A stretch of 24,000 nucleotides of DNA from Christensenellaceae bacterium. GTDB taxonomy: Bacteria; Bacillota; Clostridia; Christensenellales; Borkfalkiaceae. Positions within the stretch are counted from its first letter, which is position 1. Each line of letters begins with the position of its first letter. Made by a program: the position numbers and the translations under genes. The stretch spans positions 57,464 to 81,463 of the forward strand of contig JAZRRZ010000021.1 in NCBI GenBank assembly GCA_045651185.1, read 5' to 3'. The notes below the pieces were generated by a model, which saw nothing but the letters and a program-made list of their open reading frames with translations, ran no database searches and had not been told where the DNA came from. Positions 1 to 8,363 of the stretch are shown here, one piece after another.

Positions 1-421
1 CCATTATAACTTCTTCAACATTACCACTTGAAATACGGCTAAGCAAACCTTTTATATTAATGTCATTTGGTCCAATTCCATCAATTGGCGAAATAGTGCC
101 ATGTAAAACGTGATACACGCCATTAAACTCATTAAGTTTTTCAATTGCAACAACGTCTTTTGGGTCTTTTACAACGCAAATGGTTTTATCCGAGCGACTC
201 TTGCAAATATCGCAAATTTCGCCTTCAGAAAAATTACCACAAATTGTGCAATAACGCACATTTTTCTTTACGTTCAAAATCGCTTCAGCAAATTCCTTTG
301 CTTGTTCGTTTGTCATATTAACAACCTTATATGCAAAACGTTGCGCTGTTTTTGCGCCTACACCTGGCAATTTAGAAAATTCGTTTATAAGCCTACCTAT
401 AGGCTCTATATAAACTTTCAT
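1..421 (-). CDS. recR: Recombination protein RecR, N-terminal part (3' end of gene lies outside window)
   Basis: Reverse complement from ATG at 419-421 reads MKVYIEPIGRLINEFSKLPGVGAKTAQRFAYKVVNMTNEQAKEFAEAILNVKKNVRYCTICGNFSEGEICDICKSDSRDKTIVCVVKDPKDVVAIE..., with the RecR HhH, C4 zinc finger and Toprim start. Open to window edge; adjacent to ybaB/dnaX as usual. Confidence 0.95.
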   Translation of the reverse strand, partial: MKVYIEPIGRLINEFSKLPGVGAKTAQRFAYKVVNMTNEQAKEFAEAILNVKKNVRYCTICGNFSEGEICDICKSRSDKTICVVKDPKDVVAIEKLNEFNGVYHVLHGTISPIDGIGPNDINIKGLLSRISSGNVEEVIM

Positions 422-422
422 C

Positions 423-752
423 TTATAGACCTAAGCCCCCAAACGCACCCATTTTTTCAGAATATACTTCATCAGCCTTGTCATATGCATCATTTAGGGC
501 TGCCACGATAAGGTCTTCAAGCATTGTCAAGTCATCCATATCAACAGCATCAGGTTTGATTGTTATACCTGTCACAACCTTTTTTGCTGTCATTGTCACA
601 CTAACTAATCCACCACCAGCGCTACCATCAACTTCTAATTCTTCAAGTTCGGCTTGGGCTTTTTGCATTTCTTCTTGCATTTTTTGTGCTTGACGCATTA
701 AGTTTTGCATTTGATTGCCTCCACCAAATCCTCCAAATCCACCTCTATACAT
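423..752 (-). CDS. YbaB/EbfC family nucleoid-associated protein
   Basis: 109 aa, GGFGGGNQMQNLMRQAQKMQEEMQKAQAELEELEVDGSAGGGLVSVTM; classic position between recR and dnaX. Confidence 0.93.
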   Translation of the reverse strand: MYRGGFGGFGGGNQMQNLMRQAQKMQEEMQKAQAELEELEVDGSAGGGLVSVTMTAKKVVTGITIKPDAVDMDDLTMLEDLIVAALNDAYDKADEVYSEKMGAFGGLGL

Positions 753-766
753 TTTAGTTCTCCTTT

Positions 767-2338
767 TTATTTAATAATTACTATATCTTCGCCAAAAATA
801 TCTTTTAGCCTTTTTGCTTCTTCATCAACAGCATCAAGAGTTTTTTCTTTTTCATCAAGTGCAACTTGAATTTCAAATGCAGAAAACTCTTTTAATGCTT
901 GTTCAATTGTTTCTTTTGTAGTTGTTCTATCCAAAAGTTCGTGGTCACCATCATTAAACGCTGTTATAGTTAAGATGTTCCCTTTCACTTTAACGTCCAC
1001 GCCTTGAATCAAGTTCCAAAGCATTTCACTGCCAATTTTTCTTAAATTAAGTAGCAGCTTGCCTTTCACATCACTATCACTAAGTGAACTAAGTCTTATT
1101 TTTTCTTGCAGAGGACTTTCAACCTGATTTATTTTAAGTGTTTTAGAAACTTTGTCTATTTCTTCTTGTTTAACATCTGTAAATGCTTTATTTTTAATAT
1201 CATTTTCTAATTTAGTAATTCTTGCAAGTAAAGCATCTATATTATAATCACTCTCAGGTTTAGTTGCTTTAATTGAAGCCGTTTCAAAAACAATTCTTGC
1301 ATGGTTTGAATATCTAAGAGAATTTTCACTTTCAGCAAAAATTTCTAAAATTCTGAGAAATCTTTGTTCACTTGCTTTTTGTGAAAGATTAGATAATGTT
1401 TCAAATTTTTCTATAGGTAGAGCCAACATATCATTTGCATTATTGCATGTTTTTACTACAATTATGTCTCTAATAATAGATGTAATATCTTTAATTAATA
1501 CACCTATGCTTTTACCGAGCGAGTAAAGCAAATCTATGGTCTTTAAAACATTACCAGCATTTCCAGTAATAATATCATCTATAAACTCATATAGAATTTG
1601 AGAATTAGAAGAACCTAATATATTCATCACATCATCATACATTAAAGTTTTATCATTATATGAAAGCGCAATATCGGCAATAGACAAAGCGTCACGAATA
1701 CTACCTTCACCAGCCTTGGCAATAGCCATTACTGCTTCTTTTTGATATTTTTTGCCTTGTTCATCATATATTTTTTCAATTAGCGGCACAATTTGATGGT
1801 CTGAAATCAACTTAAAATCAAAACGCATACAACGAGAAAGTATTGTCGCAGGAATTTTATGAACTTCAGTTGTTGCCAAAATGAACACGGCGTGCTTTGG
1901 TGGTTCTTCAAGAGTTTTCAAAAGTGCATTAAACGCAGGACCTGTAAGCATATGCACTTCATCAATTATATATACCTTATACTTACAAGAAACGGGTGGA
2001 AATTGCACGTTTTCACGCAATTCTCTAATTTCATTTACACCATTATTTGATGCAGCATCAATTTCAATAATATCTATATTAGATGGGTCTGCAATTGCTT
2101 TACAACTAGCACACTCACCACAAGGTGAACCATTTTTATTATCCAAACAGTTTATTGCCTTAGCAAAAATTTTGGCAGCAGAAGTTTTACCCGTTCCACG
2201 AGTGCCTGTAAATAAATATGCGTGACCAAGTCTACCACTTGTAATTTGATTAACAAGTGTTTTAACAACGTGTTCTTGACCTATTAAGCCTTCAAAAGTA
2301 TTTGGTCTATACTTTCTATATAGCGCTAAATATCCCAT
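767..2338 (-). CDS. dnaX: DNA polymerase III subunit gamma/tau
   Basis: YLALYRKYRPNTFEGLIGQEHVVKTL, Walker A GTRGTGKTSAAKIFAKA, zinc-binding cysteines CLDNKNGSPCGECASCKAI, YIIDEVHML. Confidence 0.96.
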   Translation of the reverse strand: MGYLALYRKYRPNTFEGLIGQEHVVKTLVNQITSGRLGHAYLFTGTRGTGKTSAAKIFAKAINCLDNKNGSPCGECASCKAIADPSNIDIIEIDAASNNGVNEIRELRENVQFPPVSCKYKVYIIDEVHMLTGPAFNALLKTLEEPPKHAVFILATTEVHKIPATILSRCMRFDFKLISDHQIVPLIEKIYDEQGKKYQKEAVMAIAKAGEGSIRDALSIADIALSYNDKTLMYDDVMNILGSSNSQILYEFIDDIITGNAGNVLKTIDLLYSLGKSIGVLIKDITSIIRDIIVVKTCNNANDMLALPIEKFETLSNLSQKASEQRFLRILEIFAESENSLRYSNHARIVFETASIKATKPESDYNIDALLARITKLENDIKNKAFTDVKQEEIDKVSKTLKINQVESPLQEKIRLSSLSDSDVKGKLLLNLRKIGSEMLWNLIQGVDVKVKGNILTITAFNDGDHELLDRTTTKETIEQALKEFSAFEIQVALDEKEKTLDAVDEEAKRLKDIFGEDIVIIK

Positions 2339-2346
2339 ATCTTATC

Positions 2347-2955
2347 CTAACCTTTGCTATTTAATGCCAAAATAATTTTTTTTCTTATTCGCTGAATTGC
2401 GTTATCAATAGCCTTTTCTTTTTTGCCTACTTTTTCACTAATCTCTCTATATGAATAGCCTTTTAAATAGTAAACTAATATATCATATTCAAACTTACTA
2501 AGCACTTTATTAATTGTGCTTTTTAGTTCATTTTCTGCTTCTGCATTAATATAAATTTCTTCTGGCCCAAAATGTTTATCAACTATAATTTCAGTCTTAT
2601 CGGCATCATTTTCATTATCGATACTTCCTGATAAAGATAAGTAATTATTTAATGGAAGATTTTTATATCTATTTGAACTTTTAATTACGTTAAAAATCCT
2701 GTTCTTTACGCAAGTATAAACATAGGTTTTAAAACTCGATTTAGCATTAAAAGAAGTTATTGCCTTAAACACAGCAAATAAACCTTCTTGCAACAAATCT
2801 TCAGAATCGCCACCATTTAGAAAATACGAGTGAGCAACTGCTGATGCGATATATTTATATCTTTCAAAAAGTTCGTCAATTGCATTTTCATCTTTTAACT
2901 GCGCAAGGTCAACAAGCCTTTCATCACTTAACTGTTTGATTTCTAACTTATTCAT
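2347..2955 (-). CDS. RNA polymerase sigma factor of the SigH/sigma-70 family
   Basis: 202 aa with sigma-70 region 2 (GGDSEDLLQEGLFAVFKAITSFNAKSSFKTYVYTCVKNRI) and region 4 (YLKGYSYREISEKVGKKEKAIDNAIQRIRKKI); next to rlmB and mrnC as in Clostridia. Confidence 0.85.
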   Translation of the reverse strand: MNKLEIKQLSDERLVDLAQLKDENAIDELFERYKYIASAVAHSYFLNGGDSEDLLQEGLFAVFKAITSFNAKSSFKTYVYTCVKNRIFNVIKSSNRYKNLPLNNYLSLSGSIDNENDADKTEIIVDKHFGPEEIYINAEAENELKSTINKVLSKFEYDILVYYLKGYSYREISEKVGKKEKAIDNAIQRIRKKIILALNSKG

Positions 2956-3679
2956 TACCCTTTTCCAATCTTTGTCTTATCACTTCATAAACAGAAATGC
3001 CACAGGCAACTGATGCGTTTAAAGAGTTAACTTTACCATACATTGGAATTGAAATAATGCCATCACACTTTTCTTTTGTCAATCTCTTAACACCACTATC
3101 TTCGCCACCGATAACTAAGCAAATTTTACCTGTAAGGTTTGCTTTATAAATACTTTCTCCACCAAGTTCGGCACCATACACCCAAAAGCCATAATCTTTA
3201 AGCGTATCTATTGCAGTATTGATGTTTGTCACCTTAGCCACCATTAAATGATTAAGTGCACCTGCTGATATACGCATAACTGTGTCACTAACAGAGGCAC
3301 TTCTATCCTTGCCAATAATCAAGCCTTGCGCACCTGCACACTCTAACACCCTAATAATGCTACCTAAATTATGTGGGTCGTGAATTTCGTTTAGAATAAC
3401 AACCAAAGCATTTTCTTCTGTTGCGCTGTTAATAATATCGTCAAGGTCAAAATATTTATAGTCTGAAACATACGCTATAAAACCTTGATGGCGCTTGCTT
3501 TCGCTTTCTTTTTCAATAACATATTTGTCCACTAATTGAACTTTAACTTTATGTGAACGGATAATGTTGACAAGTCTTTTACTTGGCTCATCTTTCAAAT
3601 CTTTTTGAACTAAAATTTTATCTATTTCTTTATCTGTTTTTAATAATTCATATACTGAATTTCTTCCTTCAACCTTCAT
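2948..3679 (-). CDS. rlmB: 23S rRNA (guanosine-2'-O-)-methyltransferase RlmB (SpoU/TrmH family)
   Basis: SPOUT motifs LNEIHDPHNLGSIIRVLECAGAQGLI, LVIGGEDSGVKRLTKEKCDGIISIPMYGKVNSLNASVACGISVYE. Confidence 0.93.
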   Translation of the reverse strand: MKVEGRNSVYELLKTDKEIDKILVQKDLKDEPSKRLVNIIRSHKVKVQLVDKYVIEKESESKRHQGFIAYVSDYKYFDLDDIINSATEENALVVILNEIHDPHNLGSIIRVLECAGAQGLIIGKDRSASVSDTVMRISAGALNHLMVAKVTNINTAIDTLKDYGFWVYGAELGGESIYKANLTGKICLVIGGEDSGVKRLTKEKCDGIISIPMYGKVNSLNASVACGISVYEVIRQRLEKGNE

Positions 3680-4073
3680 TTGTCTTACCTTCGTTTAATA
3701 AAAAATTTAATCTATCATTTTGACCTATCAAATACAAATACCCCAAAACCGCCTCAAATCCTGTTGCAATATTATATTCGCTAACAGTGGCATGTTTTGC
3801 TTTTGTTGGTTTTTTAGCATTTCTTGCTCGTTTAAAAATGGATAATTCATCTTCATCAAATAGTGGCAAAATATTTTTTAAAAACTCTGCCTGTGCAACT
3901 GCATTAACCTCAGCAGTTGCCTTAGCGTTAAGTTCGCCAGTTTTGCAGTCTGATATAAACGTCAGCCTCTCCCTAACAAACAGCGAATACACTGCGTCAC
4001 CCACAAATGCAAGCACTATTGGATTAAGGTTTTTAGCCTTGTTTTTATCCATAATTTCGCCAAGTTTAAACAC
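3669..4073 (-). CDS. mrnC: Mini-ribonuclease 3 (RNase III-like, 23S rRNA maturation)
   Basis: NLNPIVLAFVGDAVYSLFVRERL ... RNAKKPTKAKHATVSEYNIATGFEAVLGYLYLIGQNDRLNFLL. Confidence 0.9.
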   Translation of the reverse strand: MFKLGEIMDKNKAKNLNPIVLAFVGDAVYSLFVRERLTFISDCKTGELNAKATAEVNAVAQAEFLKNILPLFDEDELSIFKRARNAKKPTKAKHATVSEYNIATGFEAVLGYLYLIGQNDRLNFLLNEGKTNEG

Positions 4074-4167
4074 TTTAATTGCTCCAAATAGTATTTATAA
4101 TCATTATACAATATTTTTGCCAAAAACACAATAAAAAAGCCCGAATTTTTATATTCGAGCAAAATAT

Positions 4168-4890
4168 TTATTGGTTATATATAAATGTTGTCTGTGCAAG
4201 ATACAATGAAATTCCCTTAAATATATTGTACGCTAGACTTTCTTGATATTGTTCACTAATTAAAAGTGCCTCATCATCGGCATTTGAAAGAAAACCACAC
4301 TCTGCTATTATTGATGGATATTTAGTGCAATTAACTATATAATAATCTCCGGCCAGTGCCGAACTTTCTCTAACGGCTTCTGCCATTTCATTAAAACTTT
4401 GTTGAACACACTCTGCAAGCAGTTTACTATTTTCATTGTCTTTGTTATAAAATGCTTGCGCACCACGGCGTGTAGAAAGTGTGTATTGATTCATATGAAT
4501 GCTAACAACAAGTGTAGGTTCAACCTTTTTGATTATATCTCTGCGCTTTTCCATATCCTTGCGTTTTAAACTACTGCTAACAACACCATATAGCCCTGCT
4601 TCAGAATTTCGTGTCAAAAACACTGCCATACCCGCATCTGTTAAGTTTTTTTCTAACTTTTTTACAACTTTTAAGTTTAGTTCACTTTCCTTAATACCTG
4701 TGTTTACACCACAAACTCCACCATCAACTCCACCGTGCCCAGCATCTAAAACTATTTTAATTTTATTTGCATACGCACTCCCAACAGGATTTATTCTTAT
4801 TGCGCCGAAACACAGTATAAAGGTTAAAAATGTTATTAAAAGCACGCACACTATAACTATGTTTTTTCTTTTTAACACAAACATATACAC
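4168..4890 (-). CDS. N-acetylmuramoyl-L-alanine amidase (Amidase_3; CwlD-like)
   Basis: N-terminal TM segment, IVLDAGHGGVDGG, ESELNLKVVKKL, SIHMNQ, ECGFLSN. Confidence 0.9.
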   Translation of the reverse strand: MYMFVLKRKNIVIVCVLLITFLTFILCFGAIRINPVGSAYANKIKIVLDAGHGGVDGGVCGVNTGIKESELNLKVVKKLEKNLTDAGMAVFLTRNSEAGLYGVVSSSLKRKDMEKRRDIIKKVEPTLVVSIHMNQYTLSTRRGAQAFYNKDNENSKLLAECVQQSFNEMAEAVRESSALAGDYYIVNCTKYPSIIAECGFLSNADDEALLISEQYQESLAYNIFKGISLYLAQTTFIYNQ

Positions 4891-4997
4891 CTAAATCAAA
4901 TTGCTAATATTTTTTAGCCGTTTACCTTTTATAAACATGCTTACATTATTTATACTAGCAAAAAACGACATTTATGTATTGCGAGCATATAATTAAC

Positions 4998-5025
4998 AAA
5001 AAATATCCACCAGCACAACTGGTGG
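4998..5025 (-). terminator. Rho-independent terminator; probable ancestral rlmD terminator left outside the element
   Basis: Minus-strand stem CCACCAG-TTGTG-CTGGTGG (5007-5025), then ATATTTTTT; 18 nt past the remnant rlmD stop codon. Confidence 0.8.
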
Positions 5026-5042
5026 AATAAATTTTAATTTGA

Positions 5043-5081
5043 TTAATTTTTTTCTAAAACAACTAACGTTTCAACGTGTGT
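5043..5081 (-). pseudogene. Stranded ancestral 3' end of rlmD/rumA next to the left attachment site
   Basis: Minus frame reads ACA CAC GTT GAA ACG TTA GTT GTT TTA GAA AAA AAT TAA = THVETLVVLEKN*, near-identical to the intact RlmD C-terminus KHVETLVVLQRK* ending at 19612. Confidence 0.88.
5068..5081 (-). other. Left attachment site (imperfect direct repeat of 19637-19650)
   Basis: Plus-strand GTTTCAACGTGTGT versus GTCTCGACGTGTTT at 19637-19650 (11/14, shared core ACGTGT at 5074-5079 / 19643-19648). Confidence 0.8.
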
Positions 5082-6891
5082 TGTCTTCGTCAGAATAGCA
5101 CAATTTCTCAAACTCGCCACTCTTAGAAGAAGACGATATCCCTTTAATTCCCGTTTTTTTATCAACTCTAACCTTTCTCGGACTTCTAAATTTTCGTCCA
5201 TTTAAGTCGTCCTTAAAACCAGTTTTATACACAAACGAGATTTTTTGAGGGTCCTTCGCACCGTTTTCGTCAAAACCACCAATAATAACCCTTTCTACAA
5301 TACTTTCAAAAACGGCTCTATCAAATTTAGTTAAGCCTTTATTCTCTAAAAGAACTTTTTTGAACTCAGCAATACGCTTTTCAATACTCTTTCTTGACGT
5401 ATCAGCTTGTTGTAGTTCTTCAAGCTGGAGTTTCAACTCTTCTATTTTAGCACATAATCCCAAGTTTTTCAACTCATATTCATCCTTTGTAATAGATTCA
5501 TCTAAACGCAAATCTAAAAGTTTATCTTTTCGCGCTAAAACGTCCCTGATTTCACGATTAACTTTTTCTATTTCTTTAACCACGCTATCGTCGGAAAGTT
5601 CGGCAGTAACCTTTGTCAAAAAGTCATTGAGAATTGATTCATTGTCTTGCATCAATCTTTGATAGGATTCAACGAATGCTCTTTCTATCAACTTTTCGTC
5701 TACGCCTTTGCTATCGGGACAAAACTTTCTTCCACCCTTTGTTGCTGTCACGCATTGCCATACTGATTTTTGATGAGGCGTTCCACTATGCCAACTCCTT
5801 CTTGAAAGAGTTTCACCGCAAAAACCACACTTTATCATACAACTGAACGAATATTTTCTTGTAAATGGCTCTCTCTTCGCTCCGTCAGGCGCAAGTCTTG
5901 GTCTTGAACGACGCTTTAATATTTCCTGCGCCATTTCCCAATCTTCTACTGAAATAATGGGTTCATGATGTTCAGACAAATAAAATTTATCCGACTCGCC
6001 CATATTTTCTAATCGCCTTTTGGATATTGGGTCAACTGTAAAGGTTTTTCCCATTAAAATATCACCTTTATACTTTTCGTTGGAAATAATTCCTGTAATA
6101 GTTGACTCTGGCCATGACAATAAACCGCGTTTGCTTTTATGCCCCATTTGGCGCAGTTCTTTAGCGATAATATGTCCACCAGCACCTTCAATATAACGTT
6201 TGAAAATGTATTTAACGATTTTCGCTTCTTCGTGGTTTATATGTATTGTTTTTGTTTCCTTGTCGTAATCATAACCCAAACAACCTTGAAACCCAATAAG
6301 TTCGCCACGTTGCATTTTCATCTTCAAACCTTTTTTAACGTTTGCAGAGATATTTTGCACTTCTTGCTGTGCCACCGAACTCAAAATTGTTAGCATCAAT
6401 TCGCCGTCCATTGTCAAAGTGTTTATATTTTCTTCTTCAAACTTAACGGCAATATTACGCTCTTTTAGCATTCTAACGTATTTTAAGGTATCCAAAGTAT
6501 TTCTTGCAAAACGAGAAATAGATTTAGTAATAATCATATCAATTTTGCCAGCAACACAATCTTGAATCATACGTTGAAAATCTTCACGCTTGTCAACTTG
6601 AGTTCCCGTGATAGCCTTATCTGCATAAATATCCACTAAATGCCAGTTAGGATTGCTTTTTACCATATCGGTATAGTAAAGCACTTGAGAACGATAACTA
6701 TCTAATTGCTCTTCATCATCAGTACTAACTCTACAATATGGCGCAACTCTTAATTTTTCACTAAGACCAACACCTTTGCTTCTATCAACAATTGTTGCTT
6801 TTGCTTTAATAACTTCTACTTGTTTCATTATACCCCCTTTTCCGTATTCCTTATGTAGTGTTATTATACAATAATATAAAAACATTGTCAA
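5071..6891 (-). CDS. Large serine recombinase / site-specific integrase
   Basis: Resolvase domain with catalytic Ser (APYCRVSTDDEEQLDSYRSQ), TGTQVDKREDFQRMIQD, SISRFARNTLDTLKYVR, recombinase domain, zinc ribbon CGFCGETLSRR...CVTATKGGRKFCPDSK, coiled coil. Stop codon lies at the attachment site. Confidence 0.96.
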   Translation of the reverse strand: MTMFLYYCIITLHKEYGKGGIMKQVEVIKAKATIVDRSKGVGLSEKLRVAPYCRVSTDDEEQLDSYRSQVLYYTDMVKSNPNWHLVDIYADKAITGTQVDKREDFQRMIQDCVAGKIDMIITKSISRFARNTLDTLKYVRMLKERNIAVKFEEENINTLTMDGELMLTILSSVAQQEVQNISANVKKGLKMKMQRGELIGFQGCLGYDYDKETKTIHINHEEAKIVKYIFKRYIEGAGGHIIAKELRQMGHKSKRGLLSWPESTITGIISNEKYKGDILMGKTFTVDPISKRRLENMGESDKFYLSEHHEPIISVEDWEMAQEILKRRSRPRLAPDGAKREPFTRKYSFSCMIKCGFCGETLSRRSWHSGTPHQKSVWQCVTATKGGRKFCPDSKGVDEKLIERAFVESYQRLMQDNESILNDFLTKVTAELSDDSVVKEIEKVNREIRDVLARKDKLLDLRLDESITKDEYELKNLGLCAKIEELKLQLEELQQADTSRKSIEKRIAEFKKVLLENKGLTKFDRAVFESIVERVIIGGFDENGAKDPQKISFVYKTGFKDDLNGRKFRSPRKVRVDKKTGIKGISSSSKSGEFEKLCYSDEDNTR

Positions 6892-7064
6892 TTCATAATA
6901 CTGGATATAATATGATATTCTTTCATTAATTTTCTCTTAACTTTGTCATACTCATTTTGCGAAATTAATTCTTTTTGCAAAAGTGTTGTAAGCATAGCAA
7001 GTTGCATACTATATTCCAACAACTTTTTATTGGACACAGTTGTCTTTTCTAATTTAACATCCAT
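6888..7064 (-). CDS. Small SHOCT-domain-like protein coupled to the recombinase
   Basis: MDVKLEKTTVSNKKLLEYSMQLAMLTTLLQKELISQNEYDKVKRKLMKEYHIISSIMN. The ORF track starts at 7112, but GGAGGTG (minus strand, 7068-7074) sits just before ATG at 7062-7064. Overlaps the recombinase start by 4 nt. Confidence 0.75.
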   Translation of the reverse strand: MDVKLEKTTVSNKKLLEYSMQLAMLTTLLQKELISQNEYDKVKRKLMKEYHIISSIMN

Positions 7065-7150
7065 TTTCACCTCCTTTGGACATAAAAAATCCTTCTTGCT
7101 CGTCCTAAACAAGAAGGCGTTTCAAAATATTATTTAATTGTTTAAGTTAA

Positions 7151-7185
7151 AGAAAATGCCGCCTCGCTTTCGCTCGGCGGCATAA
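7151..7185 (-). terminator. GC-rich hairpin with short T tail (terminator or attenuator) upstream of the SHOCT/recombinase pair
   Basis: Minus strand ATGCCGCC-GAGCGAAAGCGA-GGCGGCAT then TTTCTTT. Confidence 0.6.
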
Positions 7186-7876
7186 ATTGATACACAAAAA
7201 AAGCACCTAAATTTTTCTTAAACTTATAGCATTATAAAATTAAAGAAAGATAAAGACTGCCCCAAAATGCGCTTATATAATACTGATTTTATTGTTTCTC
7301 ACATTTCCCCATACCGACATCATTGCATCGTTTTACAGCCAAATTAAAGGTTTATAAAACTATTAGAATAACAGTCTTATTATTACTAAATATTTATTAC
7401 CCATCGCCTCTCATCACTCGTTTTCTTGCCCATATAAAACATAAGTATGCTCTTAAGAATCTCTTCAAAAGTGTGTATATGCAAATCTTGTTTCATGCCA
7501 CCTCACATTCGTTCGGTGGCAACTCATTATAGCCACTCACGCAATTTGCTGCAATGATGATTTTCGAATAGCTTTTACTCTCTTCGCCGATTTTTGAAGA
7601 AGTTGAAATCAAAATCATTAGGAAATATAAAGAGTTTTATCACTTCACATGATACCCCAACTTTTTTTGCAAAAATTTCCAATTTTGGGGGTATCGATTT
7701 TGACAATTTTCCCCGTAAAATTTCCACTTTTTTCACCATTTTTATTTAGCAAAAAACGCCATCAAAATCTTCTTCCTAAAAGCCTATTAAATTTATTATT
7801 CTTTACCACTTCACTTCATTTTTTATCCTCCATTTCGTTAAATATATATTTCTTTTGAAAGTTTAATTTAAAAAAT

Positions 7877-7910
7877 AAAAAAGCCCAGATTAAAATTTTC
7901 AGAGCTTTTA
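7877..7910 (-). terminator. Terminator-like hairpin
   Basis: Minus strand AAAAGCTC TGAAAATTTTAATCT GGGCTTTTTTATTTTTT; one G-U wobble in stem. Confidence 0.5.
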
Positions 7911-7988
7911 TAGATTACCTTTCGGCTGTTCAGTTAAAAATTTTGTTCTATGTCCCGTGCACATATAAATATATAATATTCTACACAA
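7908..7988 (-). CDS. Possible 26-aa leader peptide (TTG start), speculative
   Basis: Minus strand AAAGGAG-CTGAAG-TTG, encoding (M)CRILYIYMCTGHRTKFLTEQPKGNL*; bracketed by two hairpins and preceded by a promoter-like sequence. Confidence 0.3.
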   Translation of the reverse strand: MCRILYIYMCTGHRTKFLTEQPKGNL

Positions 7989-8020
7989 CTTCAGCTCCTT
8001 TTGCTTTTTTGCAATAGAAA

Positions 8021-8051
8021 AACGCCTCCGAGATTTTTTCTCGAAAGCGTT
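8021..8051 (-). promoter_or_regulatory. Leader hairpin in an otherwise non-coding stretch
   Basis: AACGC-ctc-CGAGA-ttttt-TCTCG-aaa-GCGTT. Confidence 0.45.
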
Positions 8052-8085
8052 CGTTTTTGAATTGATTAAAATTTTTCACAATACT

Positions 8086-8115
8086 ATTATAACATAGGTC
8101 ATACTCTCATTGCAA
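8086..8115 (-). promoter_or_regulatory. Putative sigma-70 type promoter
   Basis: Minus strand TTGCAA (8110-8115), 18-nt spacer, TATAAT (8086-8091). Confidence 0.4.
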
Positions 8116-8303
8116 TAACATTTTACTTTCATTTTTCTCCCAAATTACTATCAATTTACTTTCTTTTTACTCTCACAATACTCTCACGCCAAAATCCCTA
8201 GTGTTCATCAATCATTTTTTGACCTGAAAAATATAAAAAATTTCACAAATCCACATAAAACCATGCTAAAATTTAGTAAAAAACAGAAAAATTATAAGTT
8301 TAA

Positions 8304-8348
8304 ACAAAAAACAACGGCCAAACGTCCATGTTTTGGAACATATGACCG
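8304..8348 (-). terminator. Terminator-like hairpin at the end of the cargo operon
   Basis: Minus strand CGGTCATATGTTC...GGACGTTTGGCCG (one mismatch, some G-U pairs) then TTGTTTTTTG, just beyond the kinase stop at 8364. Confidence 0.55.
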
Positions 8349-8363
8349 CTTTTGTAAAAGTTC

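Noticed and set aside
110-511. 133-aa plus-strand ORF
   Set aside because: Antisense to recR and ybaB, with no recognisable domain; product of low stop density in AT-rich coding DNA.
1881-2225. Plus-strand ORFs (1859..2050, 1881..2225) inside dnaX
   Set aside because: Complement of the conserved Walker A/zinc region of dnaX; no independent support.
3787-4134. 115-aa plus-strand ORF
   Set aside because: Antisense to mrnC; no ribosome-binding site or family resemblance.
7323-7858. Two ~69-aa plus-strand ORFs (7323..7532, 7649..7858)
   Set aside because: Low-complexity AT-rich translations without a ribosome-binding site or recognisable family, opposite to all other genes.
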